This document shows, one piece after another, positions 1-10,699 of a DNA stretch of 64,000 nt. The DNA is taken from assembly GCA_963514005.1 (NCBI GenBank), contig OY740781.1:59086001-59150000 (forward strand), written 5' to 3'. Numbering within the stretch: the first letter of the stretch is position 1; each line of letters opens with the position of its first letter. This stretch comes from Raja brachyura. Taxonomy: Eukaryota. Made by a program: the position numbers and the translations under genes. The notes beneath the pieces were generated by a model. It did not search any database, had not been told where the DNA came from, and saw nothing but the letters and a program-made list of their open reading frames with translations.

Positions 1-2010
1 ACTTAACAGTTCCTTATAGCCGGCTGCCTGTTCTGCAGCAGATAATTTAAACGTTCGAGCGGGCATGTGCTGGGATGGAGGAATGTCGCCATTAATAAAC
101 TCAATTTTATGCCCCTGAATATTCTGCAACACATACTCGTCACCAGTAAAATTACCCCATGCACCCAAAAACCACCGAAGGCGACCACCAACATGTGAAG
201 TTAAACAGAGAGAAAAGAGAGAACCAGACCCCCTCACCTCCGTGGTTACCGGCGGTCCTTGACACGCGTGTGCGGACGTGGAGGTGCTGGGTTGGCTTGA
301 GGGCGCGGCGTCTTCGTTTTCCACCAGGGTCTCTGCCGACCCTGTCCTAAAAAAGACCCCTGGTGCTGGGTCTGATGTTGCTGTCGTTGTGGAGCTTGAG
401 GGTGGGTCCTCGTCGAGGTACTGGCAGACCCTCGTGATCGAATGTATGGAGACTTTGAGCCTGACGGTGTGGGGGCACTCTGAGGGCGCATGATCCCCAC
501 CGTTTTGGCTTGCTCGTCAAGCTCTTTGACTCTCTTCGAGAGGTCCTCCCCAAAGAGCTGACGGGGCGGGGGCGGCGGCGGTGGTTTGCACAATCCTGCA
601 AACTTTGGATTGAGCGCTGGGCGGATGCTGGTTTTGCGAAAACCGTTAATTTCGTGCTGGGTCGCGTACAGGAGGGCCAGGGCATCTTCCTGGTCCAAAT
701 TCAATTCGTCCCCGTCCACCGACCGCACAAAGGCGGTAATACCGGCCGTGAGGAGCTTCAGATCCGCTGCAGTTTTACCTCCTGTTGACGGATAGCCGCA
801 CTGATGTTGCCCCATATCGGCGTATTGACCACAGGCACGTTGAGGGAGTTGCAATTGGATGGAGCCTTGTGACGGCTCATTGCCTGAATGAGGCCTTCTT
901 CCTGCTGCTCCAGGCTGATGGTAGATGTTGGTGAAGACGCCCTGTGCCTGTTGCTGCCCTGCTGTTGTTGACGTTGAAGCAGGAGCTCCAGCAGCCGCTC
1001 CATACGGTCAATGCGCCTTTCACCCTGAACACTCAGGTGGTCGGAGTCCTCCGGCTCTGAAAAGAAACCGGTCTCCTGTCATCGGCCCCACCTTGTCGAG
1101 GCCCTGCCGGTGCCGGTAGTTGTCGCTAACAGCCGCCGAGGCGAAACTGGGCGATTCCTGCGCGGGCATGTTCAACCGCCTCCGTTTAGCGGGAGCTGAA
1201 GCCGCTGCCACTAAGGACACTTGCGGCATGGTGTCGGCACCAGCCGAAGCATGGCTGCCTGGGGCCCGCGCAGTCTTGCCGGCTGCCCACATCGTGGACC
1301 TTGCCGACGCATGGTCTCGCCCACCCATCCATGGGGGGCTCGGCGACCGTGACGAGACCCGACTCAACCAACCCGTCCCGGCGTCGAGAGTCAGGGTGTG
1401 CCGGCTGGACCTCACAGCCGCCCCGGGTCCCGCCCTGGAACCTGACCGCCCCTCCGCGGCAGGCAATGCCTTAGCCCTAACAGGGTTAGGCATCTGGGCT
1501 CCTGCCCTCCCCCTTCTCGGAGGGCTGAGTGGAACAGGACGTGCAACGGCACGTGCCCTGCTCGAGGTCGCCAGCGAGCCCGCTGACGACCTGACTGCCA
1601 TGGCAGGGTCCTCCTGCTCTGGCAGCACACCACACTCCTCCTCGTCGAACTCCTCCGAGCTGTGGTGTGCTGGCGGACCTGGACCTGTAACACAGGGCTT
1701 ACCCACATCTCCGCCTGAGTCCCGGCCTGCGTTGCAGGTACTGCCGATAGTAAAGGCCCCGAAACTGTTGACCGGCGAACTCGTCCTGGCGTCCTCCGGC
1801 CCTTGGAACTCCCATCCATGTCCTTGCTGCAAGACAAAACCCACAACAAGGACCACCAACTAAAGGTAGAATACTCACCTCCGTGGTCCCTTCTGAAGGG
1901 CTGGCGAGGAGCACGCTCCACCGCCAGCCGTCGCAGCAACGCGGTACGACGATATGTCGAGCATGCGCGCCGGCAGGCTCTTCACGAAGTCACTCACGTG
2001 ACTCCGAAAT
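1..2010 (-). mobile_element. 5' part of a DIRS1-like (tyrosine-recombinase) retrotransposon: frameshifted gag-like ORF1 and start of the RT ORF, continuing beyond the left window edge
   Basis: Minus-strand peptides HKAPSNCNSLNVPVVNTPIWGNIS..QEVKLQ (758-1003) and DALALLYATQHEINGFRKTSIRPALNPKFAGLC..LFGEDLSKRVKEL (246-854) resemble DIRS gag. They are joined by an apparent 1-nt deletion near 760. The frame 192->1 reads VGGRLRWFLGAWGNFTGDEYVLQNIQGHKIEF, like a DIRS RT-ORF N-terminus. GC content drops abruptly at ~2010. Confidence 0.75.
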
Positions 2011-2277
2011 GAAATTAAAGGACATTACACAGAAGGAAAGTTTCCAAAATTTAATAAATATTAATGAGTAACACATAACAAGATAATAATATTGTGAATC
2101 AAGATGTATTGCTTTTCAACAATTCTGAATTTTCTGCATTCTTTCAATTGATTCATAAACTTATGAAATTTTAATTCTGATGAACCCCAACAACTAAGAA
2201 TACAGACTACACAGTAACTTTATTTTTAATACTCGGAAATTGTAGGACAAATTGCCAAAGGAATTACTTGTTAGAAA

Positions 2278-2535
2278 CTGGTGCTTCAGATCACCAAGTT
2301 TACTCCGACCATCTTTCACCTGCTCGCACTAGTTTTGCTATTCCACTCTCACATCCACTCCCCACATACAAGGGCTAATTAACCTATATACCTACATCTT
2401 TGGGATGTAGCAGGAAACCAGAGCACACAGAGAAAATCCACAGGATCATAGAGAGAACATGCAAACTCCACACAGACAGCATCCGAGATCTTGATCGAAG
2501 CCGGGTCTCTGACAGTGATGCCACAGCTCTACCAG
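2278..2535 (-). mobile_element. tRNA-derived V-SINE (HE1-like), degraded
   Basis: Reverse complement contains the V-domain text tgtgtggagtttgcatgttctc...ctctggtttcct..catcccaaaga and a CR1-like tail. Confidence 0.7.
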
Positions 2536-2615
2536 ATGAGTCACTGTGCTGCCTCAACATTATTGACTGTCTCTAATTACTTTCACTGAGAGCTGTGTTG
2601 TTCCATTTTAAAAGA

Positions 2616-2914
2616 GCAGCATGATGGCGCAGCGGTAGAGTTGCTGAGACCTAGATTCCAGCCTGACTATATGTGCGCTGTCTGTAGGAATTTGTACATT
2701 CTCTCCGTGACCTGCCTGGATTTTCTCCAGGATCTCTGGTTTCCTCCCACATAGCAAAGGTGTACATGGTTGTAGGCTAATTGGCTTGGTATAATTGTAA
2801 ATTGTCCCTAATGTGTGTAGGATAGTGTTAGTGTGCGGGATCGCTGGTTGGCGCGGATTTGGTGGGATGAAGGGCCTGTGTCCGCACTGTATCTCTAAAC
2901 TAAACTAAACTAAA
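2616..2914 (+). mobile_element. tRNA-derived V-SINE (HE1-like) with CR1-type 3' tail and (TAAAC)n end
   Basis: A-box-like tggcgcagcggtagag, V-domain, tail gaagggcctgtgtccgcactgtatctc followed by taaactaaactaaactaaa. Confidence 0.8.
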
Positions 2915-3863
2915 AGGGAGGTAAAAGACAATTTAGTCACATATGGACAAGATTAGGGGAGAATGACAAATTTTGTTCCCTCAAGATCATTAATAAACCA
3001 AATGAACTTTTATGATAATTTCGCAATTTCATGATCACCACTATTGATTATAGCTTTATCTTTTCCCAGATTTTTGTTTCATTAATTGAAAAGTAATCTC
3101 ACAGCTGCAGGGGTGGGATTTCAACTTAACAGTCAAGTTACTTCATCTCTGTGCAAAAACAGAACACTGTAAATATTGGAATGAATGCCATCACCATGAT
3201 ATGTTAACTCTATTTTATTCTCTACAGATGTTATTTTACTTGCAGAATATTTACAGCATTTTAACTTAAGTAAACATGACTTCCATGCTCTAATGTTGGT
3301 GTAAATACATCCCTAATTAATTTGCATTTTGTAGAAATGGATTTATTGCCAGAAATTGTAAGGCCATATAGCGGAACTGAATAGCTGCCTCAATAGTTTG
3401 TGCTGGCAATTATTAACAAGCTCAAGAATTAAAATGGATGTGGCCAGTGATTCAGAATTCAGCCATAAAACCGCATTAGATTTGGACTTCCCAAACCAGT
3501 ACTTCTAAAGACAGAGTTGTGGAACTTACTGACTGAATCTTGCCCATCACACCGGATCCCTTCTACCCCACTCCCTACCCCCCTGCACTCCACCACCCCT
3601 CCCTCCTTCTTTTCCACCACCCCTCCCTCCCTCTCTCTCTCCCCTCCTCCCTCCCTCATCCCTCTCTCCCCCCTCCCTCATCCTTCTCTCCCCCATCCCT
3701 CCATCTTCTCCCCCCATCCCCCATGCTCTGGGCCGGGCTGTGGTGCTCGCCCTCTCGACGTAATGCTGTGGTGCACCCCGGTGTCCCCGCCCGCGGGCAG
3801 GAGCCGCTGGAGCGCTGCCCATCCCGTGACCCGCGGTGTCCCTCGCCAGCGGGTAGACACCAG

Positions 3864-4349
3864 TGTAGTGGCCATTTGGCTTGTTTTGTGTGTCACTAAT
3901 TATGGCACGTGTCTTTAAATTTTAAACTGCCCGTTATATTGTGGGTGGGATTTATGACATATTTTAGGGCGTGTTTGGAGATACTTTTCTCACACAGAAG
4001 CTTAGTTTTTAGTTTTGTTTAGGACCAGCATGGGGAAGGTTTACCCTTTGACCATGCGGAGTGTAACGGACATACGAGGAGTTTTCTAACCTTTTAAGCG
4101 AAAAGCTGGAGTTCGATGAAGATTATAGTCTATGAGTCTGAAGAAGTTTGGATGCACCTTATTGTTTTTCATCAACTGTGAAAAATCTATTAATCAAAAG
4201 ACTGTGTTATGAAGATTTATCTGTGAAGAAGCTCTGAATGTCTCCGACGGAGAGCTGGCATGCGTATAATGACATTCTTCTTAACCATGTAGTCCACTTA
4301 GTGGCTAGAGGGAGTAATCTCTTGAACTATATAAAAATCTGCTGTTACA
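3864..4349 (+). repeat. 5' LTR of the BEL/Pao element (486 bp)
   Basis: tgtagtggccatttggcttgttttgtg ... aaaaatctgctgttaca, repeated with substitutions at 7252-7738. Confidence 0.9.
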
Positions 4350-4970
4350 TTAATTCAAAGGATACCTCCCATGGGGGGTGGAAGCCAGTCCCAGAGAGTG
4401 GGACAGAAGATTTGGCTAAGATCTTGAAAGAGGTTTTGGCCAGAAGACCGGTTCCAGCCAAGGAACTGAAGACAATAGATCTCGGCCAGAGATGGCCTCG
4501 AGGTCTATTGACAGCAACACAACTTATCTGAAGATCTAAAGACATTATCACAGAAATTGTGAGTAAAATCAACTTTTATTTCTTTGAATTTTGAAGCTGC
4601 AAACCTTTACCTTTATACAGGTTCTCTAAGAAGAGCCAGAAAGTGTTTTTCCACTGTCTGGAGATTCCAGCCAGTTCGATCTTGGATTGTTTTGCACTCT
4701 TAATATCACGCATTTTATTTTTTTCTATTCCTCTCTTCTTTCTTTCATTTATTCACTCTTTGGCTACACTACTTTGGTAGTCTAGGGGTTCCATCTTTGC
4801 ACATCTCACTTTTTCTCTTTCTTGCTTTTTCTCCTTTTTTTCCAATTCAAGCTAAAAAGTTAAAATTGAAGCTGTACAATAACTATAAATTTAAATGCCG
4901 TTGGTTCTATTTTTGTACATTTCCTTCTGATAAATAAAAATATTTTTAAAAAACAAAGGAAGTACGGTAC

Positions 4971-6700
4971 ATGTTAGAGCCACACTATGTGACTATTGAA
5001 AATCATAAACTAATTGCAACTAACAAAACTGAAGAAATATCAGAACCTACGAGTAGTAGTTTTGCTATCACAACCAGACCTGTGGAAAAGACAGATAGAA
5101 TGAAAGGAAAGGTATCTAGTAGCAAGCAAATAGTATTTTGTTTGTTATGTGATGAAGTTGATCACACCATAAGATGGTGTCGAAGATTCAAGATGAAAGA
5201 ATATGAAGAAAAGATGGATTTCTTGAAAGAGAAGGGAATCTGTTTTGGATGTTTGAAAAATGGACATATGGTGAGGGACTGTAAGAGTCCTATGATTTGT
5301 TATAAATGCAGGCAATATCATCCTGAAGCACTTCTCACTGAAGAAGAGCTATCAGAGCAAATAGAAGAGGATGAACCGGTGCAAATAGAAGAAGAGCTAT
5401 CAGAGCAAATAGAAGAATATGAACCAGAGCAAACAGAACAGAAGAAGAAGCCAGCTACGAGTGATGCTATCACCTCGCCTCAAGTAACTGCCCATGTTGG
5501 GGCCGGGGTAGAAGCTTGTAATTTTTCTATCTTACCAGTACAGGTAAGGAATAGTAAGACAAATACAGTGTTGCAAACATATGCTTTTTTGGATCACGTA
5601 GGTTGAACTACCTTTTGTCAGAAAACTTGACTAGAAGGCTGAACCAGGAGAAGAGACTGAGATTTGATTACGTACCATGACTAAAGATAAAGAGAGCAGG
5701 AGTCATTATATTACGAGTATAGAGATATCCAGTTTGGATGAAGATAAATGTATACCAATATCTGAAGTGTTTACACATGGAACTATGCCTGTTGGTCGTC
5801 AAAATGTACCAAGACATGAAGACTTGAAACAATGGCTTTACCTGAAGGATGTCAAGATAGCTGAAATAAATTATAGTGTTGATCTAGTTATCGGAACTTA
5901 TGAAAACATTGGAACCTATACAGATTGTTAGGAGCCATGGTGATGGACCGTATGCCTCAACAACACAACTTGGATGGGTTAACTTTGGCTCCTTGAAAAG
6001 GAATAATGAAAACGAGAATCGGAAGAACTATGCTATCATTGCAGTTAATCAAATATCTACTGAAAAATTAGAAAAGCCGGTGATGAAGCCATATAATCAT
6101 GACTTCAGGGAAAATACCAGCAAGGAAGCTGAAGAGATGTCGAATGAAGAGTTGAAGTTCATGGATATTATGAACCTCAGTAAAGATTGACAGACACTTT
6201 TGTCTACACTTACCTTTCAAACAAGAAAGTGTTAATCTGCCGAATAATCGTTGCATGGCAGAGCAAAACCACCAGAATTTGAAACTCAAGTTTGGCGAGA
6301 ATACTACATTTCTTGAAGTAAAAATCTCTTTGAAAAATAATTTCTACAAGGATGATTGCTTAAAATCCATATCTACTGAGCAGGAAGCTATTCAACCAGA
6401 AGAACATCTGATTTCCCTTTGCAATAAGGGAAGATTCACACTTTCCAAGTGGATAAGCAACAATTGTGAAAGCATTCCACCAGAGGATAGAGCAAAGAAA
6501 CCAGAGAGTTGGATTTGGATAGAGACAATCTGCCAATGGAAAGAGCATTGGGAGTTACGAATGTTGTACAACTGAAATATGTTAGCGCAAAAGAAAATCC
6601 AGCGAATGAAGTGTCCAGAGAACTGACAGTGAATCGCTTCTTAAGCGATAAGAGATGGATCAATTAACTAAAATCTCTCTGTAAGCCAGACAGAGAATGC
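4971..6700 (+). pseudogene. Degenerate BEL/Pao gag-protease(-pol remnant) coding region
   Basis: Three tandem zinc knuckles (CLLCDEVDHTIRWC, CFGCLKNGHMVRDC, CYKCRQYH), an aspartic-protease motif TYAFLD, then GDGPYA..TQLGWV, and RT remnants FYKDDCLKS and FTLSKWISN. The region has many stops, frameshifts and large deletions. Confidence 0.8.
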
Positions 6701-7060
6701 CCAAAGCATGAGTTGGGATTTAGAATCTCTGCTAATGATCCTTAAATTAAATCAAACCTAACGGTGAACTTTATTGATAAAAATCCTGTTATTCTCTCAA
6801 AAGATTTTCATGCTTCAACATTACTGTTACAACACATCCATTAGTTGATCGGACATGGAGGAAGATGTTTCATGCTGTCAAAGCTTTGAACTGTTATGTT
6901 TTGGACTATATACTGGTTGGTGTGCATGGTACAACTTTAAACTAAAACCAGTGTTTTAATAAGATTAATAATCTAGTTATATTTGTTTCTAGAAGGCAAA
7001 AGTAAAGATGGATGAGTCAATGAAGAATCCTGATTGTGGATATATAGTGCATGCTATTTT

Positions 7061-7132
7061 TCCTTGTTAGTATAGTGGTTAGTATCCCCGCCTGTCACGC
7101 GGGAGACCGGGTTTCATTTCCCCGACGAGGAG
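7061..7132 (+). tRNA. tRNA-Asp(GTC) gene copy, probably a pseudogene (T-arm substitutions), inside the BEL/Pao element
   Basis: 72-nt tccttgttagtatagtggttagtatccccgcctGTCacgcgggagaccgggtttcatttccccgacgaggag is near-identical to the vertebrate tRNA-Asp consensus. Acceptor and anticodon stems pair, with anticodon GTC at 7094-7096. GGTTCGATT has become GTTTCATTT. TTTTT follows at 7156-7160. Confidence 0.88.
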
Positions 7133-7251
7133 TCACGGGGTTCAAATTCTCTGACTTTTTGCTTTTGAAATATGTTAAGCCTTCATGGCTACTTTTTTGA
7201 TGTTTATTAGTAATTGCCTTGTTATATACTTGGAACAATTAGGGGCGGGTA

Positions 7252-7738
7252 TGTAGTGGCCATTTGGCTTGTTTTGTGTGTCATTAATTATGGCATGTGT
7301 CATTAAATTATAGACTGCCCGTTATATTGTGGGTGGGATTTATGACGTATTTTAGGGCGTGTTTGGAGCTACTTTTCTTGTGCAGAAACTTAGTTTTTAG
7401 TTTATTTTTGGACCAGCATGGGGAAGGTTTACCCTTTGATCATGCGGAGTGTAATGGAGACACGGGGTCTTTTAACATTTTAAGGGATAAGCTGGAGTTC
7501 AATGAAGATTATAGTGTATGAGTCGGAAGAAGTTTGGATGTACCTTATTGTTTTTCATCAACAATAAAGAATCTATTAATAAAAGACTGTGTTGTGAAGA
7601 TTTATCTGTAAAGAAGCTCTGAAGGTCCCCGACGGAGAGCTGGCATGCGTATAACAACATTCTCCTTAACTATGTAGTCAGTACACTTAGCGGCTAGAGG
7701 AAGTAATCACTTGAACGATATAAAAATCTGCTGTTACA
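7252..7738 (+). repeat. 3' LTR of the BEL/Pao element (487 bp)
   Basis: Copy of 3864-4349, preceded by the PPT and containing AATAAA at 7563-7568. Confidence 0.9.
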
Positions 7739-7743
7739 AGCAG

Positions 7744-8488
7744 GGCTCGGCACTGCACCCCCCCCCCCCCCCCCACCCCCATCTCCCTCTACCACTCTAT
7801 CTCCCTCCTCCGCATTTCCCTCATCCTTCCCTCATCCTCCTCCCCTCACTACCATTCCCTGCCCCAGAATCTACCCAGGTTGTAGAGCAGCACCAGGGCC
7901 TGGAACCCGGCCTGGTTCTCATACTCGGCCCCGCCCTGGCTGTAGGCAGCCGAAGCACTCATGGACCTGGGCGCTGACAGAGCTGGGCTCGCTGTGCCAG
8001 GGGCGGGGTGAAGGTGGAGGTCGGCTGAGCCAAAGCTGCCAGCAGAGCAGGAAGCAGAGGCTGTGCTGCAGGATGGCAGCTGCCAGGCATCCCCCGGGGT
8101 GCTGGTACACCTTAACCAGGCCCAGGGCTTGGGCACGACTGCCGCCCTCGGGACAACTCCCGCCCTCAGCTCGCCTGCCGCCTGGGCTCTAGCCCAGGCC
8201 CTGACTTCATCTCTGGGCTCAGTCCTTGGTCGCCAACCTGACGATGCCCCTTCCTGAATGACAGGTGATGAGCCCAATCTGCGTGGCGGCGACTGACACC
8301 AATCTGCGCATGTGCGGTTTTTACGATTTTTACACCTCAATAACTTTTTTAATATATAATTGATCGGATTGAAACTTGTTGCACTCGCAGCGTAGGAGAA
8401 CGGTGAGTAAGCTGGTAAAACATTATAGCGCTATCACATACTGTTTTGGCTTAAATAGAAAAACCCCGCAAACAGGAAGAGCACAAGA
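7744..8488 (-). mobile_element. GC-rich repeat, possibly a non-autonomous Helitron-family copy that the BEL element inserted into (left part ~3540-3858)
   Basis: Similar C-rich low-complexity and GC-rich sequence lies on both sides of the BEL element. The right end (revcomp tcttgtgctcttcc) loosely resembles the subterminal 5' region of the Helitron at 14134. The terminus is lost in the gap. Confidence 0.35.
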
Positions 8489-8659
8489 NNNNNNNNNNNN
8501 NNNNNNNNNNNNNNNNNNNNNNNNNNNNNNNNNNNNNNNNNNNNNNNNNNNNNNNNNNNNNNNNNNNNNNNNNNNNNNNNNNNNNNNNNNNNNNNNNNNN
8601 NNNNNNNNNNNNNNNNNNNNNNNNNNNNNNNNNNNNNNNNNNNNNNNNNNNNNNNNNNN
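8489..8659. other. Assembly gap (N run)
   Basis: Run of n. Confidence 0.99.
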
Positions 8660-8989
8660 TCATTTGTATCTGTTGCACTTCATTAAAACATCACTACATC
8701 CCACCTCCTTCAGCTGAAACTGATCAGATCATCGGACCTTGTGCAGCTATTCAAGGCTACACATGAAACTAATGGACCACTGCCTTCACCCTCTCTCTCA
8801 TTCACACTCTCGTCCTTAGCTGGATTATTACCAGGGCATTTGGACTGAGCAGAAAGTGAAGAGATAGAACATGAAATTTATCTTCTTGTTGCTTGCATAT
8901 AATGGGCTATGGTATTGCACAAATTATGCTATTGTAAAAAGTAGGAACTGTTTTTTCCTGAAATAATCCAGCATTTCACATGAACAAAA

Positions 8990-9198
8990 CTCTGAACATT
9001 AATACACCTTTATCTGTTGTTTGCACTTTATCAATTTATTTATTCATGTGTGTATTTACGTATATAATGGTATATGGACACACTAATCTGTTTTGTAGTC
9101 AATGCCTACTATGTTCTGTTGTGCTGAAGCAAAGAAAGAATGTCATTGTCCTGTCATGGATACATGACATTAAACTCTTTTGACTTTGACTTTTGAAC
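8990..9198 (+). mobile_element. 3' tail of a Rex/Babar-like LINE
   Basis: gtgctgaagcaaagaaagaatgtcattgtcc...tgacattaaactc matches the reverse complement of the tail at 48890-49090, which is attached to a Rex-type ORF end. Confidence 0.6.
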
Positions 9199-9639
9199 TG
9201 GAATGGAAGGGTTTCTCTGCAGTGCAGAATTCTGGACATGTGCATGGAGCTATTTTTGACAGTCGCCATCATGTGCTTCTACAAGCAATGAAGGAAAAGT
9301 CAAATGTCTTGGTTCAAACTTAAGGCCACACTCTCCAGAGAAGATGCAGTTGAAATGCTTGGATACTGACCAGGTGCTTGGTCTTTGGGAAACCCAAGTG
9401 ACTTCCATTTTAATGTAAAAAGATATGGCAGAACTGAGGAAAAGTATAAAAACAATGATTCCCTGGCAAAAACTATCGGCTTTCACTGGGGTCATGCAAA
9501 CTTACAACATGTATGGTTGCATGAGAGCATTGCCCACACTGTCTGTACCACAGTTGTTAGGTTGAAGCCTTAAAAGGGTTTTGTACTGCAAGTTATCTTG
9601 ATGCATTACTCTACATCTTGCATGTTGAGAAACTAACAT

Positions 9640-10380
9640 GCCAGATTGTGTTATTTATTTTTCAAGGTGATGGTGAACAGCCAACTTGGTCCACTTTCTC
9701 CTTTTCATGATGTTACACCTTCATTGCTGTTGGCTCTTGAGTTCCAGGTTATAGGCACAGTTACAATGAAGGAATGCAACATATTTCTACGTCACAATGG
9801 AGTGCAATTTGGAGAAAAAAACATAGGAGGTGGTATTCCCATGCATCTGTTTCCCTATGCTTCTTTGGGTGGTGAAGATTGCAGATTTGGAACCTGCTGT
9901 CAGAGAAATGGATGTGTGTAACTGCAGTGCATTTTGGAGTTGGTACAGACTACAGCCACTACCTGCTGATGGTGGAGGGAATAAAGGTTTAGTGAGGTGG
10001 ATGGGGGAGACAATCAAATTGATTGCTTTGTCCTGGATGGCATAAATATTCCTGAGCATTGTTACATTGGACAGTAAATGGCACTTGAAAGCACTAATGA
10101 TTACATGTTTGAATACTTTACTGATGATTGAGAATAGAAATGTCCAGGCAACAGTTAGTAAGATTGGATTTTCCTTCTTATTGTTAACAAAGCTTGCCTG
10201 GGCAATTTTCTTGAGAGTGTTACAATTACGGTGTTGTAACTGAACTGAAACAGCTTTGCTACAGGCACAGTTGGAACTGGAGCATGGATCTTCAGTAGTT
10301 CCATGTACCTATTCAATCCAGTCATCTCAGTTGTTTCTTGACATCATGTGGTCTGAATTAATGTCACTGAAGACTAACTT
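9640..10380 (-). mobile_element. Ancient degraded non-LTR retrotransposon (L2/CR1-group) ORF2 3' region
   Basis: The minus strand shows remnants resembling the C-terminus of chondrichthyan LINE RT ORFs (text around tgcagtgcattttgg/actacagccact and gtggtattcccatgcatctg). No intact frame. Confidence 0.45.
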
Positions 10381-10699
10381 ATGTGTTATAGGAACGAACT
10401 GCAGGTGCTGGTTTAAACCAAAGATAGACACAAATTCTGGAGTAACTCAGCGGGACAGGCAGCATGTCTGGAGAGAGGTAATGGGTGTTGGGACCTCAGA
10501 AGGAAGCTGAGATTAATCTATTTTATTGCAAATGCTTCGACTTTTTCTTTAACACTCACATGCTGGGTCTCACCATAATTGTATGAACCTTACTATTCTG
10601 TTAGCAAACCGCAATTCTCGACCAGCATTCACAACCTGGACGGCAGAGGTTTTTTTATTTGAACTCTAGGTTGAGATATCATTTTGCTTTTTCATTTTA

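Larger units (their letters stand above)
3864..7738 (+). mobile_element. BEL/Pao-type LTR retrotransposon, internally deleted, both LTRs present
   Basis: Direct repeats 3864-4349 and 7252-7738 both run TG...CA. Near-identical 5-bp TSD accag (3859-3863) / agcag (7739-7743). PPT aattaggggcgggta abuts the 3' LTR. Internal BEL-type gag and protease remnants are present. Confidence 0.88.

Noticed and set aside
1120-1863. 247-aa plus-strand ORF
   Set aside because: Antisense to the GC-rich DIRS gag region, with no independent protein signature.
3459-3918. Pro-rich and Gly/Glu-rich ORFs
   Set aside because: They arise from C/T low-complexity sequence within a repeat.
4350-4372. PBS complementary to the embedded tRNA-Asp
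   Set aside because: Only a 6-nt match (ggatac/gtatcc) and no TGG start. Not significant in this copy.
7061-7132. Calling the tRNA-Asp a functional host tRNA gene
   Set aside because: The G53-C61 pair is broken and the T-loop G57/A58 are altered, and it lies within a decayed retrotransposon. It is reported as a probable pseudogene.
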